From NCBI RefSeq assembly GCF_006345805.1, contig NC_043011.1:67158464-67222463 (forward strand): DNA of 64,000 bases, in the 5' to 3' direction. Positions 28,853-42,753 of the stretch are shown here, one piece after another (the first letter of the stretch is position 1; each line of letters starts with the position of its first letter). The notes beneath the pieces were generated by a model. That model was not told where the DNA came from and made no database searches. It saw only the letters and a program-made list of their open reading frames with translations. The stretch is from Octopus sinensis. Taxonomy: Eukaryota. A program made the position numbers and the translations under genes.

Positions 28853-29671
28853 GTATGGGTATGTGTATCCGTGTATATATGTATGTGTGTGTGTATGTAT
28901 ATGTATGTATGTGTGTATATATGTATGTGTATATGTGTATGTGTGTGTTATATGTGTATATATAATATATTATATATGTATGTGTGTATGTGTATGTGTG
29001 TGTATGTTGCATGTATGTGTATGTATATGTGTATATATATGTATGTGTATATGTATGTATATGTGTGTATGTGTATATGTGTATAATATATATTATATAT
29101 ATATATATATATTATATATATGTATATGTATATATGTGTATGTGTGTATATATATATATATATGTATATATGAGTGCGCGTGTGTGTATGTATGCATATA
29201 TGTATGTATGCATGTATATGTGTATGTATATATGTGTGGAAGTGTGTGCATATATGTATATGTAAGTATGTGCGCGTGTATGAGTATGTATGTATGCTTG
29301 CACACGTGTATATATATGTGTGCGTGTGTATATATATGGATGCGCGTGCGTGCGTGCACGTGTATGGGTACGCATGTGTATATGTGTATGTGCGTGTTGT
29401 GTTGTGTATGCATGCATGTATGTGTATGCATGTATATGTGTATGTATATATGTGTGTAAGTGTGTGCATATATGTATATGTAAGTATGTGTGCGTGTATG
29501 AGTATGTATGTATGCTTGCACACGTGTATATATGTGTGTGTGTGTATACATATGGATGCATGTGCGTGTGGGCACGTGTATGGGTACGCATGTATATGTG
29601 TATGTGCGTGTATGCGTATACGTGTATGTATGTATGTATGTGTGGGCGTATATTTGTATATGTATGTGTGA

Positions 29672-29732
<61 letters not shown>

Positions 29733-30137
29733 TGGGGGTGTGTGTATGCGTATAAGTGCATGTAAGTATGGATGTATGGATGTATGTATGTATGTTTACG
29801 TATGTATGTGTTTGTGTGTATATGTATGTAGGTGTGTGTATGTATGTGTGTATATATGTATATATATATATATATATATGTGTGTATATATGTTTGTGTA
29901 TGTATATATATGTGTATGTATGTGTGTGTATATATATGGGTGTGTGTGTATGTATGTATGTATATGTGTATGTGTATATGTATATTATATATATATATGT
30001 ATGTATATGTATATATATATATGTACATGTATGTGTGGGTATATATATATATATATATATAGGTATGTATCTGTATGTAGGAGTATATATACGTGTGTGT
30101 GTGTGTGTATGTGTATATGTGTATATATATATATATG

Positions 30138-30177
<40 letters not shown>

Positions 30178-30497
30178 TATTGGTGTATATATATAGACTA
30201 GCCTCCTAAAGTGTAGACATGAATCTGTAGGTACGAGTACGTATGTGTATATACGTGAACGTATGTAGATGTTGTATGTATGAATATAACGCGTGCGTAC
30301 GTGTATGTGTATGAGTGTACGAATGGTGTATGTACGTGCTAATGAGTGTGCGTGCGGGAACGAGTACTTGCCTTCTAGTAGACAGACAACTTGGACATGC
30401 TGCCATCGCCAGGATCCTTAGCTCTAGCGATCAAAGATAACAAAAGTAATAAATGAAGATAATAAAATTAAAATTAAGGAATGGGCCTGTATTGGAT

Positions 30498-30539
<42 letters not shown>

Positions 30540-30868
30540 ATATGTATATATATGTATGTGTATGTGTGTATGTGTAGGTATGTATAGGCACACATGTGTA
30601 CGTATGTATGTGTGTGTGTATGTATATGTGTTTATGTATGTATGTGCACACATTTTATATTTTTTTATTTTTTATTTTTTATTTTTTATTTTTTATTTTT
30701 TATTTTTTATTTTTTTATTTATCTATTCTTTCACCTAACTTACCACTGACTCCTTGACCACTCCCCCAAGTACGATATTTTCGCTATGCCTACCCCCAAA
30801 AAAGTCCCCCACCACCACTCCTTTAAACCTGCCTAAATGTATAAATGCTAATACAATTCTTGTTAAAT

Positions 30869-30919
30869 AGCTTCCTGAAGATTTCTCTTGAATGAAACAG
30901 TACTAGTCCTGTAGAAGCT
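30869..30919 (+). ncRNA. Type I hammerhead (family B)
   Basis: agcttc-CTGAAGA-tttctcttgaat-GAAA-cagtactagtcctg-TA-gaagct; 6-bp stem I, GUA site. Confidence 0.8.
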
Positions 30920-31000
30920 CCTTCTATATAATAAATTAATTTTACTCTGCTATGTATTGAGTACCTTACTTACTGTGGTTAACCCGGATCAACCGGGACC

Positions 31001-31047
<47 letters not shown>

Positions 31048-31164
31048 GCGTACCTACAGATTCATGTCTACACTCTTCGAAGGCTAGTCTATACATATAC
31101 ACCCATAAGTATAAATACACACACATACATACATGTACACCTACATACAAATACATACATGTAC

Positions 31165-31203
<39 letters not shown>

Positions 31204-31332
31204 TATACATATATATATTCATACTAACATGCATACTCAAAAAATAAGTAAATAGTAAATATATACGCGCAGTTATTCATACATGCATACTCAAAAAATA
31301 ATAAAAAATATATATATATATATATATATATA

Positions 31333-31731
31333 TACAGTGGACATTTAAACATTTATACACATAAAAGGTATCAATCATAGGATACCTGGCACACTAGATA
31401 GAATAGCCAAAATCCAAACCACTATTAGGGATAAATTCCGAAGGGAATGAAAGATAAGAGCATTTACCATCTAATTTCTGGCTTTAAATTAGTAAATAAA
31501 ATAATTTTATAAAAGCGAAGTATATGTATATACAGAAATAAAATAATAGCAAATTATTTTATTTGATAATTTAAATCCAAAAACCATGGTCCAGGAAATA
31601 TATGGTAAATGATTTTATTTTTATTCCCTTCGAAATTTATCCCTAATAGTGGTTTGGATTTTGGATATTCTTTCTAGCGTGCCAGTTATGCTATGATTGA
31701 TACCTCGTATGTGTTTAAATGTACACTGTAT
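31333..31731. repeat. Imperfect inverted repeat with ~115-bp arms next to (TA)n
   Basis: ccaaaatccaaaccactattagggataaatt / aatttatccctaatagtggtttggattttgg; ends tacagtg / cactgta. Confidence 0.8.
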
Positions 31732-31843
31732 TTGTATGAATAATATATAGTCTATTGACTAATTTTTCAACACGCTAGGTCACTCGTAGTAAAAATTTCT
31801 AAACTTTTCTTACCCTGATATTATTAATTATAAGATATATATA

Positions 31844-31905
<62 letters not shown>

Positions 31906-31987
31906 ATATATATAATATATATATATATATATTCATACATGGATGCATGCATTCATAAGTACATACGTACATGCATACGTAGACGCA

Positions 31988-32030
<43 letters not shown>

Positions 32031-32854
32031 TACATGCATACATACATGTAAATATATTCATATGGAATGTAACCTTACATTCGTATGACTTTGTATATTT
32101 GCATAGGTAAATTTGTATCATATATTTATACATTTACATGTATAATTGAAGCTACATTTCATGTGATTACACACCTGTAAAAGGAAGTAGGAAAGGAAGG
32201 CTCGATTTCTGCGATTAATCAACAACGTCTGAATTACACAGCCCGTTAAGAGATGTGTTACACTACCACACATTTTCGTCCATAGTTAGCGCTTCCACGA
32301 TCTTCTTGCCGGGTTTCTAGGCGTCGCTTTCACCTTATAATAGCCAAGAATATGTATATACAGAAATATAATTAAATTACCAAGACCGATGAAGGAATAT
32401 ACGCTAGAAATTCTTTAGCTGTGAGAATACGCAACTGAATAAGTTTAAATGTATGAGGTACGAAAGGGAATACGTTCGAGAAATGCTTTAACAAAATTTC
32501 ACTGATGACTGCACTTTGCTGTTCACACGAAGTTTATGTAAGTTGCCGCGGAAAGATTTTGCAGTAATATTTCACTACGATGAATAACAAGAAATAAATA
32601 TTAACGTTTACCACTCATTCTATTGGTGATATTTCTGCTATTCATGTTTTGAGGTAATATTTGCAACAAAGCGAAGAAATCTTCTAAATGTCAAGTTTTG
32701 AAATAATAATAATAAAAAATTTAAACATAAGAAATGGGCAAATAACTTGAGTTCATTTGTTAGATGTATATTCTGCGCTATAAAACCGCTTTTTGTTAGT
32801 TATTTATTGTGAGTAACAATGACACTAGCTTCTCAATATTATGTAGGCTTATAA

Positions 32855-33280
32855 GGCGGTGAGTTGGCAGAAACGTTAGCACGCCGGGCGAAATGCTTAT
32901 CGGTTTTTCGGCTGCGCTACGTTCTGAGTTCAAATTCCGCCGAGGTCGACTTTGCCTTTCATCCTATCGGGGTCGATCAATTAAGTAGCAGTTCCGCACT
33001 GGGGTCGATGTAATTGACTTAATCCCTTTGTCTGTCCCTGTTTGTCCCCTCTGTGTTTAGCCCTTTGTGGGTGGTAAAGAAATAAGAAACGTTAGCACGC
33101 CTGCCGAATTGCTAGCGCTCTGCCTTTACATTCTCAGTTAAAATTCCGCCGAGATCGACTTTGCTTTTCATCCTTTAGGGATTGATAAATTAAGTACCCG
33201 TTGCGTAATGGGGTCATCTAATTGACTGGCACCCTCCCTCAAAAAAATTTCGGGCTTTGTGCCTAGAGTAGAAAAGAATA
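32855..33280 (+). mobile_element. Two tandem tRNA-derived SINEs (family S2)
   Basis: ggcggtgagttggcagaaacgttagcacgcc...gagttcaaattccgcc with a B-box; second copy starts ~33086; homologous to 63709-63990. Confidence 0.85.
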
Positions 33281-33450
33281 TTATGTATGTTTAGAGTATA
33301 GGAGGTGTAACGGTTGGGAGGTAATTCCTCCAATGTGTATTATGTTAGAGCGTCTTGCTTCTAAAAGTAACTACAACCAAGGGTTAAAGAGCATTTCTGA
33401 CATATGTTGATGCATATATATATATATCAAAATAAAAACATGATGCCAAG

Positions 33451-33542
33451 AATTCAGCGGTACATATGTTTCGGGCCTTTATTTGACGGATTTATAACAA
33501 TGCATAATGTGTGTCTATGGCCTTCTTCAGTTGCGCACAATT
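33451..33542 (-). ncRNA. Hammerhead-like motif (family C)
   Basis: Mirror of 36734-36825. Confidence 0.6.
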
Positions 33543-33712
33543 ACTACTTCAAGGACATGTGTTACATCATACATTCTACGTTGGGGATGCAAATCCTCTC
33601 AGTCGCGTACGACATAGTGGGGCACCAGCACAAAAATGAAGCGTCCATCCCGTCTTTCACTCAATGTAGAAACAAAAATGAAGCCTCCATCCCGTCTTTC
33701 ACTCAATGTAGA

Positions 33713-36645
33713 TTCTACATTGAGTGAAAGACGGGATGGACGCTTCATTTTTGTTTCTACATTGAGTGAAAGACGGGATGGACGCTTCATTTTTGTTTCT
33801 ACATTGAGTGAAAGACGGGATGGACGCTTCATTTTTGTTTCTACATTGAGTGAAAGACGGGATGGACGCTTCATTTTTGTTTCTACATTGAGTGAAAGAC
33901 GGGATGGACGCTTCATTTTTGTTACTACATTGAGTGAAAGACGGGATGGACGCTTCATTTTTTTTTCTACATTGAGTGAAAGACGGGATGGACGCTTCAT
34001 TTTTGTTACTACATTGAGTGAAAGACGGGATGGACGCTTCATTTTTGTTTCTACATTGAGTGAAAGACGGGATGGACGCTTCATTTTTGTTTCTACATTG
34101 AGTGAAAGACGGGATGGACGCTTCATTTTTGTTTCTACATTGAGTGAAAGACGGGATGGACGCTTCATTTTTGTTACTACATTGAGTGAAAGACGGGATG
34201 GACGCTTCATTTTTGTTACTACATTGAGTGAAAGACGGGATGGACGCTTCATTTTTGTTTCTACATTGAGTGAAAGACGGGATGGACGCTTCATTTTTGT
34301 TCTACATTGAGTGAAAGACGGGATGGACGCTTCATTTTTGTTTCTACATTGAGTGAAAGACGGGATGGACGCTTCATTTTTGTTTCTACATTGAGTGAAA
34401 GACGGGATGGACGCTTCATTTTTGTTACTACATTGAGTGAAAGACGGGATGGACGCTTCATTTTTGTTACTACAATGAGTGAAAGACGGGATGGACTCTT
34501 CATTTTTGTTTCTACATTGAGTGAAAGACGGGATGGACGCTTCATTTTTGTTACTACATTGAGTGAAAGACGGGATGGACGCTTCATTTTTGTTTCTACA
34601 TTGAGTGAAAGACGGGATGGACGCTTCATTTTTGTTACTACATTGAGTGAAAGACGGGATGGACGCTTCATTTTTGTTACTACATTGAGTGAAAGACGGG
34701 ATGGACGCTTCATTTTTGTTTCTACATTGAGTGAAAGACGGGATGGACGCTTCATTTTTGTTACTACATTGAGTGAAAGACGGGATGGACGCTTCATTTT
34801 TGTTTCTACATTGAGTGAAAGACGGGATGGACGCTTCATTTTTGTTTCTACATTGAGTGAAAGACGGGATGGACGCTTCATTTTTGTTACTACATTGAGT
34901 GAAAGACGGGATGGACGCTTCATTTTCGTTACTACATTGAGTGAAAGACGGGATGGACGCTTCATTTTTGTTTCTACATTGAGTGAAAGACGGGATGGAC
35001 GCTTCATTTTGTTACTACATTGAGTGAAAGACGGGATGGACGCTTCATTTTTGTTACTACATTGAGTGAAAGACGGGATGGACGCTTCATTTTTGTTTCT
35101 ACATGAGTGAAAGACGGGATGGACGCTTCATTTTTGTTACTACATTGAGTGAAAGACTGGATGGACGCTTCATTTTTGTTCTACATTGAGTGAAAGACGG
35201 GATGGACGCTTCATTTTTGTTTCTACATTGAGTGAAAGACGGGATGGACGCTTCATTTTGTTACTACATTGAGTGAAAGACGGGATGGACGCTTCATTTT
35301 TGTTTCTACATTGAGTGAAAGACGGGATGGACGCTTCATTTTTGTTTCTACGTTGAGTGAAAGACGGGATGGACGCTTCATTTTTGTTTCTACATTGAGT
35401 GAAAGACGGGATGGACGCTTCATTTTTGTTACTACATTGAGTGAAAGACGGGATGGACGCTTCATTTTTGTTTCTACATTGAGTGAAAGACGGGATGGAC
35501 GCTTCATTTTTGTTTCTACATTGAGTGAAAGACGGGATGGACGCTTCATTTTTGTTTCTACATTGAGTGAAAGACGGGATGGACGCTTCATTTTTGTTAC
35601 TACATTGAGTGAAAGACGGGATGGACGCTTCATTTTTGTTACTACATTGAGTGAAAGACGGGATGGACGCTTCATTTTTTTTTCTACATTGAGTGAAAGA
35701 CGGGATGGACGCTTCATTTTTGTTACTACATTGAGTGAAAGACGGGATGGACGCTTCATCTTTGTTTCTACATTGAGTGAAAGACGGGATGGACGCTTCA
35801 CTTTTGTTTCTACATTGAGTGAAAGACGGGATGGACGCTTCATTTTTGTTTCTACATTGAGTGAAAGACGGGATGGACGCTTCATTTTTGTTTCTACATT
35901 GAGTGAAAGACGGGATGGACGCTTCATTTTTGTTACTACATTGAGTGAAAGACGGGATGGACGCTTCATTTTTGTTTCTACATTGAGTGAAAGACGGGAT
36001 GGACTCTTCATTCTTGTTTCTACATTGAGTGAAGGACGGGATGGACGCTTCATTTTTGTTACTACATTGAGTGAAAGACGGGATGGACGCTTCCTTTTTG
36101 TTACTACATTGAGTGAAAGACGGGAGGGACGCTTCATTTTTTTTCTACATTGAGTGAAAGACGGGATGGACGCTTTATTTTTGTTTCTACATTGAGTGAA
36201 AGACGGGATGGACGCTTTATTTTTGTTTCTACATTGAGTGAAAGACTGGATGGACGCTTCATTTTTGTTACTACATTGAGTGAAAGACGGGATGGACGCT
36301 TCATTTTTGTTACTACATTGAGTGAAAGACGGGATGGACGCTTCATTTTTGTTACTACATTGAGTGAAAGACGGGATGGACGCTTCATTTTTGTTACTAC
36401 ATTGAGTGAAAGACGGGATGGACGCTTCATTTTTGTTTCTACATTGAGTGAAAGACGGGATGGACGCTTCATTTTTGTTACTACATTGAGTGAAAGACTG
36501 GATGGACGCTTCATTTTTGTTACTACATTGAGTGAAAAACGGGATGGACGCTTCATTTTTGTTTCTACATTGAGTGAAAGACGGGATGGACGCTTCATTT
36601 TTGTTTCTACATTGAGTGAAAGACGGGATGGACGCTTCATTTTTG
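33713..36645 (+). repeat. ~70 copies of a highly homogeneous 42-bp satellite
   Basis: Unit ctacattgagtgaaagacgggatggacgcttcatttttgtt(t/a), period 42; two main variants interspersed. Confidence 0.97.
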
Positions 36646-36733
36646 TGCTGGTGCCCCACTATGTCGTACGCGACTGAGAGGATTTGCATCCCCAACGTAG
36701 AATTTATGATGTAACACATGTCCTTGAAGTAGT

Positions 36734-36825
36734 AATTGTGCGCAACTGAAGAAGGCCATAGACACACATTATGCATTGTTATAAATCCGTCTAATAAAGG
36801 CCCGAAACATATGTACCGCTGAATT
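36734..36825 (+). ncRNA. Hammerhead-like motif (family C) with a long loop II
   Basis: aattgtgcgcaa-CTGAAGA-aggcc...ggccc-GAAA-catatg-TA-ccgctgaatt; palindromic stem III, imperfect stem I. Confidence 0.6.
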
Positions 36826-38025
36826 CTTGGCATCATGTTTTTATTTTGATTAATTTGCTCCACCACCTACACCACCAAATTGTATATACAGGTGCTTACA
36901 ATTATCAAGTACTCACCCTGAATTTTTATATATATATTTATATATACACACACATAAAATAGGATAAAATTTTCAAAAAATTTCATCAGTGGCCAGCATA
37001 ATAAAAAATACAGTAGTGCTCAAAAGATTGAAATTTAGACTCCGATTTTTATAGTGGATCATTCCAACAGGTAAATAAAAGCTATAAGTTGATCTGATTG
37101 AGCGGTTATAGAAAGAGTTACTGAGGTAACCAAATGAGACAGTTAAGATATATTAAATATGTCAGGTACATTTAAATACAAAATATGTATAACTGCATAC
37201 ATGCGAAACGAAAGAAACCAAAAGGTGGAAACGTTCAGATGATGAACGATAAATTTTTATGCATAAATGTGTGTCTGTCTGTCTGTGCACGTGTAAACAC
37301 ATATATGACCCGGCGTACGTGATTAGCGTAGCATTGACTTCAAAGTGACATCTATGAATTCTCATCTAAGCATCCTTATCCATTTAGGCAATTAATAGGC
37401 AAGTTATCGAGGTTTATCTACCGGCATCAAAACTCTTAGGGACTTGCTGTGTTGAAAAACAAATTATATATCGGAAGCAGATGACGCACTGTCTCGCCAA
37501 AGGCTTCGTTTTGACTTCCATGGGCCTTGTCAGTGATGTGTACTCGTAGATGGGATTACAGTTCATGATGTCTAAAGATAAACAAGAAAGAAAAGAAGCA
37601 GGAATACATTGATCTGAAACTTATAGTTGCTGACATAGTATAGGATTGAACTCTTGACACAGCAGACAAAATATTAATGTTCCTTCCTGATTCTTGTTTT
37701 ATTTTATTTATTCATTTTGTTTTTATAGATATCGAGAAATGCCTAATCCAATATGCCTCTTATTCCTTAAGTTACAAGAGCCGAAATGGAGTCGGTTTTC
37801 GTTACTTCTCCAAGATAATAGAACTTCTACATAATCAGACTGTGTCCATTAATATGTCCATAAATATAAACGGGTCTGTTTGCAATTCATTTTTTTTCAG
37901 ATGATGTTGCAATTAAGTAACCATCCTGTTTTGTTTTTGGGGGCATAGTTCCCAGACTAAATCCAGGCGATGTCATATATTGTGTCATCAAGGTGATGAC
38001 ACAATGATTTGTTTGTGATTCATTT

Positions 38026-38082
38026 GTGGTCGTGGTAGTGGTGGTGGTGGTGGTGGTGGTGGTGGTGGTGGTGGTGGTGGTG

Positions 38083-38116
<34 letters not shown>

Positions 38117-38155
38117 CAGCAGCAGCAGTTGTTGCTGTTATCGTCGTCGTCGTTG
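38026..38155. repeat. (GTG)n/(GTA)n/(GCA)n compound trinucleotide microsatellite
   Basis: Read directly. Confidence 0.95.
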
Positions 38156-38486
38156 TTCTCATTGTTCATAACATCCGAGTCATCTCTATTTCATGTCCGG
38201 CTGGATAATGGTATGACGTTCCAGCCGTGGTCATCACATTTACTTTTGTTTTTCATTTCATGCATAAAATATCTACGAATTCACAAGCCACTATCGTGTC
38301 TTCTATGACATATGAATTCCAGAGGAACAATCATGCCTTGTGTTCCAGCTATATCATTCCCCTAGTCCATTTAACCATTTAACCCCATTCGTTAACATGT
38401 CAGTATAAAATGAGAATAGATTACGTGTGTCTATTCTAACAGATGGACCAATTATGTACACACACACACATATATATATACATATA

Positions 38487-38641
38487 CACGACGGGCTTCT
38501 TTCAGTTTCCGTCTACAAAATCCACTCACATGGCTTTGGTCGGCCTGAGGCTATAGTAGAAGACACTTGCCCAAGGTGTCACGCAGTGCGGCTGAACCCG
38601 GAACTCCGATGTTGGTAAGCAAGCTACTTACCACACAGCTA
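38487..38641 (-). mobile_element. SINE S1 5' half
   Basis: Reverse complement of the S1 head seen at 47332-47495. Confidence 0.85.
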
Positions 38642-40309
38642 CTTCTTACGATTTTTCTTCTCCTCCTCCTCGTCCGCATTTTTTCTACCTCCATCACTAA
38701 CCTTCGTTTTTCTCTTCTTCTCGAGCATCACTCATTATTATCATCGTCATCATCGCCGTAATTATTGCAGTCGTCATCATTATCAACATCATCGTAGTTG
38801 TCATCAACTTTGTCGGCGGCGTCGAAATTGTTGTTGTTTATTATGGTCGTCATCATCGTCGTAACCTCCCCATCATCATTATACTCAAGAACAACACCAT
38901 CACCATCTGCCTCCTCATAATCCTTTTCTGCTTTAGGCACAAGGCCTAAATTTCGGATTGAAGGCCGGTGGTTGATTACATCGATGCAAATATCGCAACA
39001 GGTACGTATTTTATCGAATCAGATACGGCAAAAGGCAAAGTCGACATGGCCAACATTAGAACCCACAAACTCTAGTCTGACGGAATAACGCGAAACACGT
39101 TGTTCGTCGCCTTCACCTTCCTTTTCACATTGAAAGAGAAAAATGTATATATCATCCGTACTATACGTATTTATCTAACCAAGCGCACAAAATCGCAGAG
39201 CCAAACATGTATGTGTATATATGTATTTGTATGTGTATATGTATACATCTCTTATGATAAAAGGCAGATTTTCTCTGCCTGTTCCCATGTTCCTTTTTAA
39301 TACAATTCTACAATATAGAATTCCTTCAATTGGAATTTACCTATGATTTTTCCAAGTAGATTCGATTGAGTCATGGCATAAAAAGTTTTTTCAATTTGAC
39401 CCCCAATTAAGCAAAAATTCGAGAAAACTCAATACTTTACGATTTCCCTCTCTCATTTCAAGTGGTTTACTCCTGCTATTACTTCTCATACTTTCTCTTT
39501 GCAAGTGTAAAACTATCAAAGTGAAAGTATTATATAACAGGGATGAGACATTAATACTGGTCATCCTTTTTGCAAGAGGAAGATTCGCTATGGTCTTATA
39601 TGCTACACCACTGGTTTTCAATTCATATTAATCAAATTAATATTAAATTTTTCACCCTTATTATGTGTGTGTGTGTGTATTAGCAATTCGTATAAAATTG
39701 CATCAATGACTTGAACTTGAATAAGTGGTTTCACATAAATGGGGATAAATTAAAAAAGGTTTGTTGTTATTATTATTACTGTTTGACTATTGTAATCACG
39801 TTTGTTGGTTCTTCGTCAGGGAAACGTTGTTGTGTTACATTTGTTAAATATTTGTAAACCGTAACCCTCCCCCTTTCGGAGAAGGGGCTTTGGTTATTGT
39901 TTAAAAATTGAATTGTGTCCCTGTTTGGGGAAATTGACAATATTTTCACCGTCTTTGTGGAAGCATTTTTGTTAAAATGCCTTCGATAGAAGAAAGTACA
40001 AAAATGAATTTCGCTGCAGCAGTACACTTCTATACAAGAGGGAGGACAAGATCCAATTGATCGAAATTGCAAGAGACGGGCCTACAATTCCAGTCTGGTA
40101 TATATTTTGAGTATTGTTATCACTATCGATATCAAGATATAACTTTGTATTTTGTATTTTATGTGTAGATGTATATATGTAGATGTACATGTAATATGTA
40201 CACATATATATGCACATATATATACATGCATAATATATCTACCCATACACACATACACACACACACACATACACACATACTTAGGGGCAGGTGTGGCTGT
40301 GTGGTAACA

Positions 40310-42689
40310 AACTACGTTCGAAGATACTGTACCTGATATGGGCGGTAATGCCTTGCCGGTCTATGGTCGACCATCAACAAACCGGGAAGGCACAAACACT
40401 CAGTCTTCACATTTGCTGCGTGAGACATGTTTTAATGTTGACGAGCTTGCCGAGTACATAGCCGACAATGAGCCAAAGCTCCTTCCAGAACAGAAGTTCG
40501 CTTACAACTCCGTTGTTAATTCAGTCCGGGCCAAAGCTGGGGGGATTTTTTTTCTGGACGCTCCTGGGGGCACTGGGAAAACTTTTGTCAACAAATTAAT
40601 ATTGGCTGAGATTAGGCGAACACAAGGCATTGCCCTAGCTGTGACATCATCAGGAATTGCGGCTACTTTGTTGCCAGGAGGCAGGACAGCTCACTCCACT
40701 TTTAAGCTCCCGCTTGATTTAGCGAAGACTGAGACACCAACTTGCAAAATCAGTAACAGCTCCGGTCAGGCAGAAGTCTTCAGACGATGCAAGCTTATCG
40801 TTTGGGATGAATGCACGATGGCCCACAGAAGTGCTCTTGAGGCACTAGATAGATCTCTCAGAGACACCAAACACTCTTCAGCTCCCATGGGAGGCATAAC
40901 ACTTCTTCTTTGAGGGGACTTCCGACAAACACTTCCCGTTATTCCCAAAGGGACTAGAGTTGATGCAGTAAGTCCGTGTCTTAAGTCATCCACAGTGTGG
41001 CCACTGGTGAAGACTCTCAAACTTCACACCAATATGCGAGCTCATATGCGACGTGATATCACATCAGCAGCATTTTCTCACACCCTCCTTGCACTTGGCG
41101 AAGGCAAAATACCAGGGGATGAAAATGGTAATATTGCCATCGATTCCATTTGTACCATTGTTAAAATGCCTTCTGATCTCTGAGATGCAGTGTTCCCAGA
41201 TCTACAAGCTAATTATCAGAATATGGATTGGATTGGCCAAAGGGCTATTCTGGCCCCGAGAAATAAAACTGTTCACCATATTAATGATGAAATGCTAAAA
41301 CTCATTCCTGGGGATGTCTATATATATATATATAGGTCTATCGATACAACTCCTGACCTAGAGGACGTCATCAACTATCAAATAGAGGTACTCAATTCCT
41401 TTGAGCCCCTTGGACTACCACCACACATTCTCAAACTTAAAGATGGTGCCCCTATAGTGCTCATTAGAAATTTGGTTCCCCCAAAACAATGCAATGGCAC
41501 ACGTTTGATCGTTAAGTCCTTATCTCCCAATCTGACTGAGGCCACCATTATCACAGGGTGCGGTGGAGGCAACGTTGTGCTCATACCTAGGATGCATCTT
41601 TTCCCATCAGGAGCAGACCTACCTTTCATATTTCGGAGGTCCCAGTTCCAAGTAAGGCCATGTTTCGCAATGTCAATTAACAAAGCGCAGGGTCAAACAC
41701 TGTCTGTGGCGGGAATTCATTTGGGAGAGCCATGTTTCTCTCAAGGTCAGCTTTATGTTGCCTGCTCGCGTGTCGGCGGCAACAGTGATGCTTTCGCATT
41801 CGTTCCACAACGAAAAACAAAAAACATTGTGTACAATGATGTGTTATATGATTACTACGTTTCATCATTTTCGAACACGTTAGTATTTCACTTACATACG
41901 ACTCTCTTTTATGATAGCATTTACATTTTTAGGCGTTTCATGACATTAATTCACACTTAACCAACACCTGTCCTTCGCTCACCTCTATTTCTACCCATTC
42001 ATCATCAAACCACCAGCCTCATCTTCTATATCCAACGTACATGACACATCTACCCCCTACATCTACACTCTCACTGTTAAAGTTTACATAAGCGACAACA
42101 CGATCGCAACATACACTTTGGAAACTAAGCAACAGATCATTTTATACAACAACAAATTTAATCATAACGCCCATCAATGAAAACATCTCCACCACTGTGT
42201 TGTGATTCATCTATTCAGCACCACTACAGTCTTGCCGGTCTGACATATGGTGAGTAGATGCTATCGTTCTATATTTTATAAATTACCCATATTTACTTAC
42301 CCATGCTTCATTCCCCTCTTGCCTACATAGGGCATCCATTCTCTTTTAACACAGTATGAAGTTTTGTAACAGCACATCCGCTGCCGTTCGTGGAAAACGA
42401 AGAGACCCTTTTCACCTGCGAACGTTTTACACCGCCTTCCACGACTATCAAATTCTTACACTGATGAGAACAATAACATGGCTCTTTTCAAGGCAACCTC
42501 GCGTTCAATTCTTACACCATTCTACGAAGGGGTAGGAACCCCTTTACACGGCTTTCTATACACTTACAAATACATTCATTCGCCGGAAACTTATATCAAT
42601 ATTTGCCTGAATAATCATCATAATTCAGTGCAATCTTAACAGTACTTTCAAGCAATTCAGCCCCGAGCATCGCCGGGCAATTCTGCTAG
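40310..42689 (+). mobile_element. Helitron, 5'-truncated, 3' end intact
   Basis: PIF1 helicase remnant followed by a subterminal hairpin cccg..cggg (42662-42677) and CTAG at 42686-42689 before T. Confidence 0.9.
40338..41870 (+). pseudogene. Helitron PIF1-family (SF1B) helicase with in-frame stops
   Basis: FFLDAPGGTGKT (Walker A), GRTAHSTFKLP, IVWDECTM, GDFRQTLPV, CNGTRL, FAMSINKAQGQTL, GQLYVACSRV; stops at ~40911 and ~41181. Confidence 0.95.
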
Positions 42690-42693
42690 TATG

Positions 42694-42749
<56 letters not shown>

Positions 42750-42753
<4 letters not shown>

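Larger units (their letters stand above)
22500..31003. mobile_element. Penelope-like element family B: ~7-kb head-to-head palindrome with an extra tandem pLTR
   Basis: Arms ~23850-27371 and 27380-~30935 are reverse complements with an 8-nt spacer; 30935-31003 matches 22500-22575 inverted; GIY-YIG C-terminus at the centre; three HHRs. Confidence 0.85.
33428..36848. mobile_element. Fold-back element: ~205-bp inverted HHR-bearing termini enclosing a satellite
   Basis: 33428-33711 is the reverse complement of ~36565-36848; orientation flips at ~33712. Confidence 0.8.

Noticed and set aside
32385-32420. CCGATGA followed by an aggaat/attctt stem
   Set aside because: There is no GAAA after stem II and no stem I or III.
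33713-36645. CRISPR array or repeat-protein CDS (MKRPSRLSLNVETK)n
   Set aside because: There are no unique spacers or cas genes. The ORFs arise because the 42-bp unit lacks stops in some frames, and they are broken by 1-bp indels.
39790-40085. HHR-like pieces (CTGACGA on -; gatc-caatt-gatc-GAAA-ttgcaa on +)
   Set aside because: Neither piece assembles into a complete core with all three stems.
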